DNA from: a virus
Lineage: Duplodnaviria; Caudoviricetes
Strand: one strand, 5' to 3'
Virus record (IMG/VR): IMGVR_UViG_3300021979_000004
Coordinates: 64,001 to 128,000 of that record
DNA length: 64,000 nt
Part shown: piece after piece, positions 7,909 through 17,527 of the stretch
Numbering within the stretch: position 1 is the stretch's first letter
Layout of the letters: each line of letters begins with the position of its first letter
Position numbers and translations under genes: made by a program
The notes under the pieces: generated by a model
Database searches by the model: none
What the model was told of the DNA's origin: nothing
The model's input: only the letters and a program-made list of their open reading frames with translations

Positions 7909-9663
7909 TGCGATGAGCTTGCATTCGTTAACAAACGTATTGCTCTCGAATTCTGGACCTCTGTATTCCCCACTCTTTCCTGTGTAACTTACGATACTAT
8001 TATCCTGACTAAAGATGGTTTCATGAGAATTGGAGACGTTTTCAAAGATGTTGATTATAAACCGGGAGACTATTTCACCTTAGATAATTTCGAAGTATGG
8101 GGTAAGTATGGATTTGAAAAAGTATCACATGGTTATATCTCACCAAGTTCCGAAACTGTCATTGTTAGTCTGAAGAATGGACAGTCAGTTGAAGTAACAA
8201 AAGACCATCCATTGTTTGCTAACCGTAATGGTGGTGAAATGGTTCGTGCTGAAGATTTAAAAGTTGGTGATAAACTACGCGTAGATAAAGGCATGATGGT
8301 CGATTTCGGTGGGTTTACAGATTTCAAATGTTTAATTGAAACGGCACACGAAAATCCTGAAATAATACTTAATATGAGCTTCGAATGTTTCAAAAACCTT
8401 ATAGATTTCTTAGACTATAAAATTTATTGCGACAATCAACAAATGATGAATTGCTTTACGCAGGTTCTTAATAACTATGGGTATAATTATGAGTGTAAAG
8501 TTACTACGTTACACGTAAAAGAATGTGTTAGACAATATCGAACTGAATGGGTTGATATCGAATATATTTCCCAAGGCTGTACTAAAGTAACTTATGACTT
8601 TACGGTTCCTGCAACAAAAAGCTTTTTACAAAATGGTATTCTGGGTAGTAACACTGGCGGTTCATGTATTATCACTTCCACACCTACGGACGATGAAACT
8701 CTATTCGCTGACATATGGAAGAAAGCCAATGAAACTATGGATGAGTTCGGTAACACCACTGAGGTAGGTAGTAATGGTTTCAAAGCACTAAAAGTAAAGT
8801 GGGATGAACACCCTGATCGCGGTGAAGAATTCAAAGATTTAATGATTAAGCAGTTTGGTGAAGAGAAATTCAGACGTGAACATGAACTTGATTTCGTTGC
8901 AGAAGATGAAACCCTAATATCACCATTGTACTTGAGTGAAATGAAACACCAAGAACCTATAAAGAAAACAGGTCAGGTAAGATGGTATAAAAAGCTTGAT
9001 CGCAATAAAGTTTATTTTATAGGCTATGATCCAAGTCTAGGTACTGGTGGCGATAACTCTGCTATTCAAATATTTGAATTTCCAAGTATGGAACAAGTAG
9101 GTGAGTGGATGCATAATAAATCTGACGTTCCTACACAATTAAAAGTGTTGAAAAATATACTTAAAATGTTCGAGGATGCCGGTTTCGAAGAAGACAATGT
9201 ACGTTGGACTCTCGAAAATAATTCCATTGGTGAAGCACCATTGGTTCTTATTGAAGAATATGGTGAAGACGAATTCTTTGGATACTTCATGAGCGAACCA
9301 TACAATCCACGTCAACCTAGAGCGCGTTCTAGATTCAGAAAAGGGTTCAATACCAGCAACAGTAGTAAGCTTACTGCGTGTACTCGTTTCAAGCGTTGGG
9401 TTGAGAATGATAAGATGTTAATACATAGTAAGCCTATGATTAAAGAACTAAAAGGTTTCGTATCTCGTGGTAGAACATATAAAGCACGTGCTGGTGATAA
9501 CGATGACTTGGTTATGGCTACACTTCTATGTGTGAGGATGGCTATGATTACTATGCAGGAAGAAGATGAGTATATGGATGCGCTTGGTGTAGGCAATGAG
9601 ATAGATGACACTGAAAGTGATGACGATAGTGATTGGGATCAGCCATTGCCGGTTGTATTTTAA
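7579..9663 (+). CDS. terL: Large terminase C-terminal half (Walker B, coupling motif, RNase H-like nuclease) fused to an N-terminal split-intein C-fragment and containing a cis intein
   Basis: CDELAF Walker B, IITSTP motif C, FIGYDPSLG and DDLVMA nuclease motifs; no Walker A; in-frame TAA at 7552-7554; AGGAG RBS before ATG 7579. Confidence 0.9.
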   Translation: MKSNEKYEILTPTGWKDFTGVEYTGMKQTLKITLDSGKDIVCTPEHKLKVNDKYLTAEKIKVGDTISSVSSDVHKVTSITEHGTSACYDLVNVENDDHSFVIQNDLISSNCDELAFVNKRIALEFWTSVFPTLSCVTYDTIILTKDGFMRIGDVFKDVDYKPGDYFTLDNFEVWGKYGFEKVSHGYISPSSETVIVSLKNGQSVEVTKDHPLFANRNGGEMVRAEDLKVGDKLRVDKGMMVDFGGFTDFKCLIETAHENPEIILNMSFECFKNLIDFLDYKIYCDNQQMMNCFTQVLNNYGYNYECKVTTLHVKECVRQYRTEWVDIEYISQGCTKVTYDFTVPATKSFLQNGILGSNTGGSCIITSTPTDDETLFADIWKKANETMDEFGNTTEVGSNGFKALKVKWDEHPDRGEEFKDLMIKQFGEEKFRREHELDFVAEDETLISPLYLSEMKHQEPIKKTGQVRWYKKLDRNKVYFIGYDPSLGTGGDNSAIQIFEFPSMEQVGEWMHNKSDVPTQLKVLKNILKMFEDAGFEEDNVRWTLENNSIGEAPLVLIEEYGEDEFFGYFMSEPYNPRQPRARSRFRKGFNTSNSSKLTACTRFKRWVENDKMLIHSKPMIKELKGFVSRGRTYKARAGDNDDLVMATLLCVRMAMITMQEEDEYMDALGVGNEIDDTESDDDSDWDQPLPVVF
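7981..8652 (+). mobile_element. Cis intein (224 aa) with degenerate endonuclease remnant
   Basis: Block A CVTYDT, block B VTKDHP, block F TYDFTV, block G LGSN/T. Confidence 0.88.
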
Positions 9664-9734
9664 AAGTATTAATATAACTTAGACTCATTAATAATAAATA
9701 TTAAATATTAATACAAAATATAGGAATACTTATA

Positions 9735-10379
9735 ATGGCTGTAAAAATTTTCAATGTTAGTTTAAAAGATGTTAAGCTTTCCAAAGGAAACCCACCTTTT
9801 TTATACAACATCCAAGAGTACAATGGTAGTCCATTAAACTACCAGTTTGAAGAGGTTGATTCTTCATTTAACGACCCTATAAATACCACAACTTATGCGG
9901 AAATGAGTAGCTTGGCAAACCAAAACTATACCTATCGTCTTTCTAATACAGGCGATGAAAGTGGTGGGTTTTATGATATAAGCAATGCTTCTGAAATTGA
10001 TCTATCATATGACTGGAAAAGGTTTGACTATGCATCAAACTATCAAACAACACTTATTCTCGGAAACGTTTTTAGTATGGATTGGCTTCGTGCTGGATCA
10101 TACGGGACAGAGCCGGGGAATCTGGATATTTACACATTGGCAGGAACTGACGCAAACTATCCAATATTAAGTAACGTAACTCTATACACTTGGAGTACTT
10201 ACAGATTTGTTATCAACTCAGAAGGCTTAAAGTTCTATATAAATGATACACTGTATCGTGATCTACCTTCCTACACGTTAGATGAGGTGCGCAATAGAGG
10301 GATTAACGTAACGTCATTAACTGTTTATACAAGCTCTAATAAAGTTAATATTAGAAACTTGAGTCTAGTTATAAAATAA
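9735..10379 (+). CDS. Late protein with shared N-terminal peptide and lectin/ConA-like C-terminal region
   Basis: AATAAATA at 9693-9700; MAVKIFNV N-terminus like 55527; WSTYRFVINSEGLKFYIND strand pattern. Confidence 0.6.
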   Translation: MAVKIFNVSLKDVKLSKGNPPFLYNIQEYNGSPLNYQFEEVDSSFNDPINTTTYAEMSSLANQNYTYRLSNTGDESGGFYDISNASEIDLSYDWKRFDYASNYQTTLILGNVFSMDWLRAGSYGTEPGNLDIYTLAGTDANYPILSNVTLYTWSTYRFVINSEGLKFYINDTLYRDLPSYTLDEVRNRGINVTSLTVYTSSNKVNIRNLSLVIK

Positions 10380-10437
10380 AATTTGATTTATATTCGTCGG
10401 ATGTGTTAAAATAGTATTATCAAAAGAGGGTGATACT

Positions 10438-10824
10438 ATGACAGTTTACACAGAAACCACACGACGTAAAGAAATCATTTATAAAACCACCTTTCGCAAT
10501 GGTGGTTTTATTATGTATTGGAAGTTGTATTTCCAATTTATTCCTACCTACAATCAGGCAGTAAAGTCATTCCCGTTTCTCAAAAAGACTTGGGCATGGA
10601 TTACATTCTTCTTTAAAACATTTTGGTGGCTTTTGATCAAACCTTTTGGTGTGATTTACAAACGTAAACGTATTATGAAAGGTGATATTTTGATTAAAAA
10701 TGGTCAGGTTGTTGCCAAAAATACTAAGGTCAAGAAAACCAATATCCATTATCTTTTTTGGATTCCTGTATTTGCTAATCCTTGGTATCTTACTGAAGAA
10801 GATTGGAACGATATTTTAAAGTGA
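10438..10824 (+). CDS. Basic, aromatic-rich hypothetical membrane-associated protein
   Basis: GAGG RBS; Trp/Phe-rich segments. Confidence 0.65.
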   Translation: MTVYTETTRRKEIIYKTTFRNGGFIMYWKLYFQFIPTYNQAVKSFPFLKKTWAWITFFFKTFWWLLIKPFGVIYKRKRIMKGDILIKNGQVVAKNTKVKKTNIHYLFWIPVFANPWYLTEEDWNDILK

Positions 10825-10841
10825 GGGATATACCCTCACTT
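10819..10841. terminator. Hairpin between convergent genes
   Basis: AAGTGAGGG-atata-CCCTCACTT inverted repeat. Confidence 0.65.
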
Positions 10842-10849
10842 ATACATCC

Positions 10850-11482
10850 TTATAGTTTTTGTTCCTTTACTTTCTTATATTTATCATCCTCAAAACTTCC
10901 TTCATATGTTAATTTAATGGGCTTGCGGTAGTAGTAATAGTTTGGATGTTTCAACTTATGCAGTCGTTCTAATCTATCTGCTTCTACTTCCATTGAAATA
11001 AAATGTGCGTCAACTGCACTATTCAAGAAATCAAAATCATCTATGAAAATCTTAACATCAAATGCATAGTTCATTGCCAAATAAAGTTCGCCATCTTTCA
11101 TATATTTTACAGAGCTTCCACCACCCGAGCCAAGATTCACACCAGCAACTGAGTGTGCGCCTCGGTTTCCAAACATACCACTACATGACGATATACGATG
11201 GTTATTGATAATAGTGAACTCTATTCTTCCCTGAAGACCCTTGTAATATAATGGCTTTGAATTATCTCTCATGAAGTTCTCAACACCATCGATAGGGCAG
11301 GAATGGGAGTTGCTAACTTCTTTCTTATATTCGACACTGTACTGTAAGCTGATAATATCTGCGTCAAAGTTTTCTTTTATAGCCTCTGGGAGATACTTGA
11401 AAATATCACCCACTTCTTTTGCATCCTCACACAACTTTATTAGAACAAACCTATCAGGCTTCTTACTTACTTTTGGAAACAT
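10850..11482 (-). CDS. Hypothetical protein with KLKxP motif
   Basis: AGGAGG RBS before MFPKVSKK; RLHKLKHPNYY near the C-terminus. Confidence 0.75.
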   Translation of the reverse strand: MFPKVSKKPDRFVLIKLCEDAKEVGDIFKYLPEAIKENFDADIISLQYSVEYKKEVSNSHSCPIDGVENFMRDNSKPLYYKGLQGRIEFTIINNHRISSCSGMFGNRGAHSVAGVNLGSGGGSSVKYMKDGELYLAMNYAFDVKIFIDDFDFLNSAVDAHFISMEVEADRLERLHKLKHPNYYYYRKPIKLTYEGSFEDDKYKKVKEQKL

Positions 11483-11565
11483 GAAATACCTCCTGAAATA
11501 AGAAAGTATAACATCGGCGTTGGTACGAATCAATAAATACTGTAAACAATAATGGAGTTGAAAGT

Positions 11566-12159
11566 ATGAGTTTAAAAAAATATGTAGAACTTTTAGAATC
11601 TGCATCCCAAAGTGGTAAAAATCAGGAAGACACGATACAGGAAGAATTGTTTCTGGTTTTTCAACAAGAAGTTAAAAAACACTTTGGTGATAAAATAGAA
11701 TCATCTGGTTATGAATTTACGTATAATGGCACTGATAAGAATGGTGGTCTTGTTGATGTTTATTATCTTAATGACGAAAAGAATGATAAAATTTCTATTA
11801 GTTTGAATACCGAAGTTTTATCTATTGAAGATAAAGACTACGATGATGAAGAAGCAACTAACATGGAGAAGAAGAGTAATGTTGTTATTAGTCTTCGATT
11901 TGAAGGAACTCTATCTGTATTCTTTGAAACTGAAGTGGGCGATGTAGAAATAACATCTGTACCGGTCAACGAAGAATATGGATTGGTAGTCAAGAAATAC
12001 AATGATCATCTTGGAGCGTATTGGGATAGTCTACTGGATACAAAGAGTGAACAGGACATTGTAGACGATATGAACGCCTACCATGTTGCCTTAGACACCT
12101 TCTTTAAAGAAGCACAGTATGACATACCAAATTATATAAAGATGTACTACGGCTCTTAA
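11566..12159 (+). CDS. Acidic late hypothetical protein
   Basis: AATAAATA at 11532-11539, GGAG RBS; MSLKKYVELLES start. Confidence 0.7.
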   Translation: MSLKKYVELLESASQSGKNQEDTIQEELFLVFQQEVKKHFGDKIESSGYEFTYNGTDKNGGLVDVYYLNDEKNDKISISLNTEVLSIEDKDYDDEEATNMEKKSNVVISLRFEGTLSVFFETEVGDVEITSVPVNEEYGLVVKKYNDHLGAYWDSLLDTKSEQDIVDDMNAYHVALDTFFKEAQYDIPNYIKMYYGS

Positions 12160-12566
12160 AAGAAGTCTGAGATATATTCTATTTTGTGTTTAGTGGCATC
12201 ATAAACACATGCACTATGTACTAATCCACTGAATTCACAAAGTTTATGCTGTACGTGGAGAACAAACTTAATGATGGGATTTATATTGTAGTTACGAATC
12301 CATACATCCGCGTATAGAGACATTATGTTACGGTCACAGAATAAAACCTCGTGGCCGTTTTCTTCAATCTTTTTAGAAAAGTTTTTTATAAAATGTATAT
12401 CTTCTTCTAGCAAACGTATTTTATAAAGAAAGGACAACTTTTTATTTTCATCAAAAAGATATCCATAACAAAGTTCAAACTTTTCAGGATACGCACCCAC
12501 TTTATTGAGGATGCGCCTGACTAGATATCCATGTAAAAGAAAATTACGGTCTTCAATGCTTTTCAT
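12156..12566 (-). CDS. Hypothetical protein
   Basis: ORF track; probable start MKSIEDRN. Confidence 0.6.
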   Translation of the reverse strand: MKSIEDRNFLLHGYLVRRILNKVGAYPEKFELCYGYLFDENKKLSFLYKIRLLEEDIHFIKNFSKKIEENGHEVLFCDRNIMSLYADVWIRNYNINPIIKFVLHVQHKLCEFSGLVHSACVYDATKHKIEYISDFF

Positions 12567-12963
12567 CAACGCGACCTTTAACACCTTCTTTAAAACACTT
12601 ATCAGCACTACCTTTGATCTTATGGAGATTAAGAGTACGACGAATGTTAGGGTAGTGTTCAAGGTTTAAAACGATTTCAACGTTTTCGATGTAGATACGT
12701 TTACCTTTCAGTTCACCAATACCGAATGCACCTTTGGAACGTGACTTGCATTTAGCTGATGCAATTTCCAGATCAGCATCTTTCCAAAGAGGATACTTTT
12801 CAACATCTTCACAGTAAATTTTCCCAACAATAACAACACTTTTCTTTTCATCTGAATAGATGGATTTGAGGTTTACCTTGACTACATCAACTCCGATAGA
12901 GTCTTTGAAGGCTGTAGGAAGGTCTTCGTTGATAACCGTTTCAATGTTCTTTGCCTCAGACAT
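12553..12963 (-). CDS. Hypothetical protein with KLKxP-like motif
   Basis: TLNLHKIKGS; AAGGGG RBS; TTGCAA-17-TATAAT promoter at 12993-13021. Confidence 0.7.
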   Translation of the reverse strand: MSEAKNIETVINEDLPTAFKDSIGVDVVKVNLKSIYSDEKKSVVIVGKIYCEDVEKYPLWKDADLEIASAKCKSRSKGAFGIGELKGKRIYIENVEIVLNLEHYPNIRRTLNLHKIKGSADKCFKEGVKGRVDEKH

Positions 12964-13033
12964 GAAAAATCCCCTTACGACTATTTCCATCTATTATAGA
13001 GGATACGTAAGGGGATTGCAAGCTATTTTACAA

Positions 13034-14203
13034 TTATGTTGTTAGAGTGAAAAACTCATAAGCGTTTGTATAAGTTTGTATATAGAATCGCTGATCGTCT
13101 ACACGATTTATCACTGTCCCGTTATAGAAATTAGACATTGTTGTATAATATCCAGCATAGTTGGAAGTAACAATAACACCGTCAGTACCGTTGCTATTAT
13201 CAGAAACGTATGCATAGTTTTCATCAACTATTTTCACAACCCTAGCATATATGTTGCTATCTTGTGCAGAGCTTTGATAACCCGGCTTATCAAATATGAT
13301 CATGTGTTGGTCATCTAGCTTAAATGTTTCAAGTATACGGCCTGCATCTTGAAATATTGGCGCAATTGAGCTTACTGTTGGTATAAACTGGCTGTATGGC
13401 CCTGAGTTTATACTGGAACGAGTCGGTAAAGATGATTGTAAAGAATACTGTAAAGTTGCAGTATTATTTTCATAACGTACAATAGCATACTTGTTTTCTA
13501 AAAGCTTACAAACATAAGGAAAATATGACATTGGGTTCGTGTCAAAATTATCCGTTGTAATATCGTATTCAAAAGTTTGTCCATACGAGTAACATGAATT
13601 TCGTAGATATAATTTATCATCAACTATATTTAAAGAATGATTAGAAGAATGATAGTATGGGCTATCAAAAATACTAGTACTATTCATGGTATAGATAGTT
13701 GTTGTTGTTGCTGTACCAGAGCCAAACACTATTTTAATCAAAGAGGCAGAAGTATTTGGGTCTGCCGCTACAATGAATACTGTGTCTTGACCGTATGGCT
13801 GGATACACAAATAATTGTAGTTTGAATTATTCATTTGAGTATTTGATAAATATATTTCATCACTTTTAATAAAGGTATTGTTTACGTCGTCATATTCAAT
13901 AATAAATGCATGGTAAAAGTTTGTGCTATATTGCTTAGCAAAAACAACAATTCTACCATCACCTAATTGCGTTATTTTTATTCCCGTATAGGATCGTCCT
14001 GCATAAAGAACTTCAGAGCATATTTGTGTGGTTGTTGCATTATTATCAAATACATCTGATGTCTCGTACATAACTCCAATTGTTGAATCGTTATCTCTTT
14101 GAGAGACAAGACGGAAAAATCTATTATTTCCTACGTAAGCGCTTGCGTCACCTACCGAGACTCCTCCATAGAAAGGAAAGTCACCTAAATTAATTTCTGC
14201 CAT
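13034..14203 (-). CDS. Beta-propeller-like late/virion accessory protein (paralog of 14216)
   Basis: Shares GNNRF(F/V)RL, LDxQH and VxDENY(A/G)xVSDNS with the neighbour; Asn/Ser/Tyr-rich. Confidence 0.65.
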   Translation of the reverse strand: MAEINLGDFPFYGGVSVGDASAYVGNNRFFRLVSQRDNDSTIGVMYETSDVFDNNATTTQICSEVLYAGRSYTGIKITQLGDGRIVVFAKQYSTNFYHAFIIEYDDVNNTFIKSDEIYLSNTQMNNSNYNYLCIQPYGQDTVFIVAADPNTSASLIKIVFGSGTATTTTIYTMNSTSIFDSPYYHSSNHSLNIVDDKLYLRNSCYSYGQTFEYDITTDNFDTNPMSYFPYVCKLLENKYAIVRYENNTATLQYSLQSSLPTRSSINSGPYSQFIPTVSSIAPIFQDAGRILETFKLDDQHMIIFDKPGYQSSAQDSNIYARVVKIVDENYAYVSDNSNGTDGVIVTSNYAGYYTTMSNFYNGTVINRVDDQRFYIQTYTNAYEFFTLTT

Positions 14204-14215
14204 ATTAAATACCCC

Positions 14216-15370
14216 TTATGATGTACTCATTGTTAAAAATGTAAATTCGTTTGTGTTAGTCTGTAGCCAGAATTGAGTTGGTGAAATCTGGTTGATCATT
14301 CTTCCAGTATGATAATCATTAATATTATTGCCATTCTGAGTTATATTACATACAAAAATTCCGTTTCCTGCTGCTGGTGATCCAGCTTGGCTATTGTCGG
14401 AAACAAAACCATAGTTTTCGTCTATTACTTTTAAGAACAATGCATAGACTGAATCACCATTTTCTGGTCTGTAAAAGTAAATAATATGCTGCCTATCAAG
14501 ACCAATAATGTCACACATTCTGTCATCATCGGTCGAAACACCTAAGTCAACCAATGGAGCGAACAAAACAGAACCCGAAAGACTAGAAGTCTCAAGTCCA
14601 CTAGTTTTTATTTTAAACCGCAAGTATGCACTATTATCGACCATTATACTTAAATACCTGTCAGTATCTAATTTTATAGCGGAATTGTAGTAAGTAAACC
14701 TATTCATAATCGAGGTTTTGTTGACCATATCAACCGCAAATCCTTGATATGAGGCTTGAGAACTTAATGATAAGAAAATATTATCATCAATAACTCTTGT
14801 ATAAACTGAACGTTCTGTAAAATAAGCATCTGCTGAGCTATCGTTTATAACTAAATTTTTTGTTATTGTTCCTGTGGTCAGCCCTTCAAAAATATATGCC
14901 ATGAAAGTACTTCCGCTATTACCAAACACAAGAATAGAATCATCATTATATATCTCAAAACAATATTCATAAAAGTTATATACGTTAGCATCACCTAATG
15001 TTATGTCATAATCTCCAACAATCTCGAATAGTCCATTAACATCATTATACGTGAGAATTATTGCACTATTTAAATAAGTACCTAATCCACTTTGTTTACT
15101 ACCAAGGATTAACAAGTTTCCATTTGATAATTGTTTCATTTTAAAATATCGTATGTAATCGTTATTGATAATTACTTGTTCGTGGACGTTAGTAAGTGTT
15201 TGTGTTCCACTAAAAACATCTGAAGATTCAGAAAGTACTGCAATAGTTCTATCAGGATTGCTTTGTGTCAGTAGCCTAACAAATCTATTGTTTCCTATAT
15301 AAATGCTTTTTTCTTCGGTTGTGGTGCCTTCTCCTGTTGGGTAAGCACCTAAGTTAATTGTATTTGCCAT
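14216..15370 (-). CDS. Beta-propeller-like late/virion accessory protein (paralog of 13034)
   Basis: End-to-end motif similarity to 13034..14203. Confidence 0.65.
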   Translation of the reverse strand: MANTINLGAYPTGEGTTTEEKSIYIGNNRFVRLLTQSNPDRTIAVLSESSDVFSGTQTLTNVHEQVIINNDYIRYFKMKQLSNGNLLILGSKQSGLGTYLNSAIILTYNDVNGLFEIVGDYDITLGDANVYNFYEYCFEIYNDDSILVFGNSGSTFMAYIFEGLTTGTITKNLVINDSSADAYFTERSVYTRVIDDNIFLSLSSQASYQGFAVDMVNKTSIMNRFTYYNSAIKLDTDRYLSIMVDNSAYLRFKIKTSGLETSSLSGSVLFAPLVDLGVSTDDDRMCDIIGLDRQHIIYFYRPENGDSVYALFLKVIDENYGFVSDNSQAGSPAAGNGIFVCNITQNGNNINDYHTGRMINQISPTQFWLQTNTNEFTFLTMSTS

Positions 15371-15383
15371 TATTCAAATCCTA

Positions 15384-16016
15384 TTAGAATGTTACTGTTG
15401 TTGCGTCGTAATATGTGTTTGTTAATATTGTTTCGTCCGTATAGCCTTCAACGTTATCTACTGAATTGGTATTAGATATAACATTTGCAGTGAATGTAGT
15501 CGTACCATCATAGTAAGTGTTATTTAGTAGCGTCTCGTCTGTATAGCCTTCAACGTTATCTATTGAGTTAGTATTAGCTATAACATTTGCAGTGAATGTA
15601 GTCGTACCATCATAGTAAGTGTTACTTTGTACTGGCTCTGTTGTTTCACCAGTAATATTAGTTACAGTAGCTGATGTGTCTTTGCTAGATACATTAAATG
15701 TTAATGTAGCAGCATCGTAGGTGCTGTTGGCTCGGATAGTATCTTCGGTAAATCCAGTAACGTTAGTTACAGTAGCTGACGTGTCTTTGCTAGATACATT
15801 GAATGTTAATGTAGCAGCATCGTAGGTGCTATTAGCTCTGATAGTATCTTCAGTAAATCCGGTGATATCAGTTACAGTAGCTGATGTGTCTTTCGAAGAA
15901 ACAACTATTTTCGACATTAAGTTTTCAGCTTCGAAAATAGTTCTTCCGAGTTGAGGATATCGCGGCCCAAACTTTAGTGTTGGAAGGTGTACACCACCAT
16001 AAAATTTTATACCCAT
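15384..16016 (-). CDS. Thr-rich repeat late protein with shared N-terminal peptide
   Basis: MGIKFYGGVHLPT start like 21066; 34-35 aa repeats. Confidence 0.75.
   Translation of the reverse strand: MGIKFYGGVHLPTLKFGPRYPQLGRTIFEAENLMSKIVVSSKDTSATVTDITGFTEDTIRANSTYDAATLTFNVSSKDTSATVTNVTGFTEDTIRANSTYDAATLTFNVSSKDTSATVTNITGETTEPVQSNTYYDGTTTFTANVIANTNSIDNVEGYTDETLLNNTYYDGTTTFTANVISNTNSVDNVEGYTDETILTNTYYDATTVTF
15387..15902 (-). repeat. Intragenic tandem repeats, 105-nt then 102-nt period (about 5 units)
   Basis: VSSKDTSATVT at aa 39/74/109; NTYYD at aa 132/166/200. Confidence 0.9.
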
Positions 16017-16036
16017 ATTTAAAACCCTTTTAGTTT

Positions 16037-16044
16037 TATTTATA
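16037..16044 (-). promoter_or_regulatory. T4-like late promoter
   Basis: TATAAATA on the minus strand upstream of the 16016 start. Confidence 0.75.
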
Positions 16045-16060
16045 GGTATATAATTTGAGT

Positions 16061-16378
16061 TTACATATAATATTTCTCAACGATTTTCATTAAATCGTCA
16101 AATGTATCTGCATATTTCTCAAATGGTGGCATATCATTATGGCGTTTTTGATTTATGATATAAGTCATTTCTTCTTCGGATCGGTGCCAGCACTTTTCAC
16201 AAGGTATGAAGCCGGTTCCCATAAATGGATTGTCGTCACCTCGTGTGTCCTTAACAATAAGTCCATGAGGGCCATCGCACTCGACATGTTCTTTAATACA
16301 GCACTCTGGATAACCGTATAAAGTACCAAACAACCACCCACGTTCTTTATAGTCCATTTCCTTGAATGTTTTACTCAT
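16061..16378 (-). CDS. Cys-motif hypothetical protein (GYPECC ... GFIPCxxC)
   Basis: Probable metal-binding Cys clusters. Confidence 0.65.
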   Translation of the reverse strand: MSKTFKEMDYKERGWLFGTLYGYPECCIKEHVECDGPHGLIVKDTRGDDNPFMGTGFIPCEKCWHRSEEEMTYIINQKRHNDMPPFEKYADTFDDLMKIVEKYYM

Positions 16379-16923
16379 TAGTATTTACCACCGTTTTTAT
16401 TACTGTATTTCCGGTAAGCTTCCCAAATGTCGTCTGATGGTAAATGTTCATCTTCGTCTTTTACATAATCATCATAGTTATACATCGACTTTATAATTTC
16501 TTCTTTCTGCTTAAGAGCTTCCGTATACTTGTCTTTCATTGCAGTTATCATTTTTACTTTTTCTAAATACTGCCTTTCTTCTTCACGTTGCCTTGCTCGA
16601 CTATCGTCAAAGAACTTTGGATTAGACATCTTCATGAAATTTCTGGCTTTTACAAATGAATCTGAGTCACCACATACTTTCTCAATGGTTGAAACATCTT
16701 CAATATGCTCCACTGACTTCATGATATCTATCATTGTTGAACGATTTATTGCATTTCCTACGTTTGGTCGTACATCGTCTTCAAGGTAACCAAATGCCCC
16801 ATCTACTGATACCTTACTCATTTCAAGACAGGATTTTACTAAATCATTAACTTCATCAATACTGTTTGTTCTTACTAAGGAATTGATAGCCATTCCTAAA
16901 ATCTTTTCACTATCTTTAGCCAC
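16378..16923 (-). CDS. Helical hypothetical protein
   Basis: ORF track; coupled to neighbours. Confidence 0.65.
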   Translation of the reverse strand: MAKDSEKILGMAINSLVRTNSIDEVNDLVKSCLEMSKVSVDGAFGYLEDDVRPNVGNAINRSTMIDIMKSVEHIEDVSTIEKVCGDSDSFVKARNFMKMSNPKFFDDSRARQREEERQYLEKVKMITAMKDKYTEALKQKEEIIKSMYNYDDYVKDEDEHLPSDDIWEAYRKYSNKNGGKY

Positions 16924-17527
16924 GGAATCCTCCTAGCGATTTCATAGTTGGTATATCACATGCTGATAATACCTCAATTCTACACTGATCCGACCTGACT
17001 TTTTCAGGTACGCTTGAAAACAAAATTTCTATTCTCAATAGTTCAACATTAATTTTCCCCGGTGTATCCATACCACCAAGTAATGTACAATTAGGTTTTT
17101 TCAATTTTAAATAATTTAACGTCCTTTTAATATCTTCAGAGTCTTTATTTATAACAAATACAGACTCCAAATCTATAAGATAAAAACCATCGTAAACATC
17201 TTCCAACATAATAAACTTTGCAATAATCTTGTTGCTGATTAATGGACCATAGTTACCTAACCCAAAGCAATAGTGGTTATTCAGAACATAACTTATGTAA
17301 TGCTTTATTAGGTCTTCTTTAATAACCCTTTCAGTGCAATATGCCATTGCATTTTCGAATGTATCTCCCTTATCAATCATATCCTTGCAGATTGCTAGAA
17401 TTGTGTAAATTCTAGTAGATTGTAAAGCTTTACGATATTTCTCAAGTGGTGCAAAATTTATGCCATATTTCAAGTTATTTCTAACATTCTTAGCTATAAC
17501 TTTTTTGAATGTATAAATGTCCATCAC
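16916..17527 (-). CDS. Paralog triplet member with KLKxP motif
   Basis: KRTLNYLKLKKP. Confidence 0.75.
   Translation of the reverse strand: MMDIYTFKKVIAKNVRNNLKYGINFAPLEKYRKALQSTRIYTILAICKDMIDKGDTFENAMAYCTERVIKEDLIKHYISYVLNNHYCFGLGNYGPLISNKIIAKFIMLEDVYDGFYLIDLESVFVINKDSEDIKRTLNYLKLKKPNCTLLGGMDTPGKINVELLRIEILFSSVPEKVRSDQCRIEVLSACDIPTMKSLGGFRG

Noticed and set aside
8296-8520. Active homing endonuclease in the cis intein
   Set aside because: The linker is only about 70 aa with no intact LAGLIDADG motifs.
15387-15902. Possible CRISPR array
   Set aside because: Repeats are in-frame 102-105 nt coding units without unique spacers.
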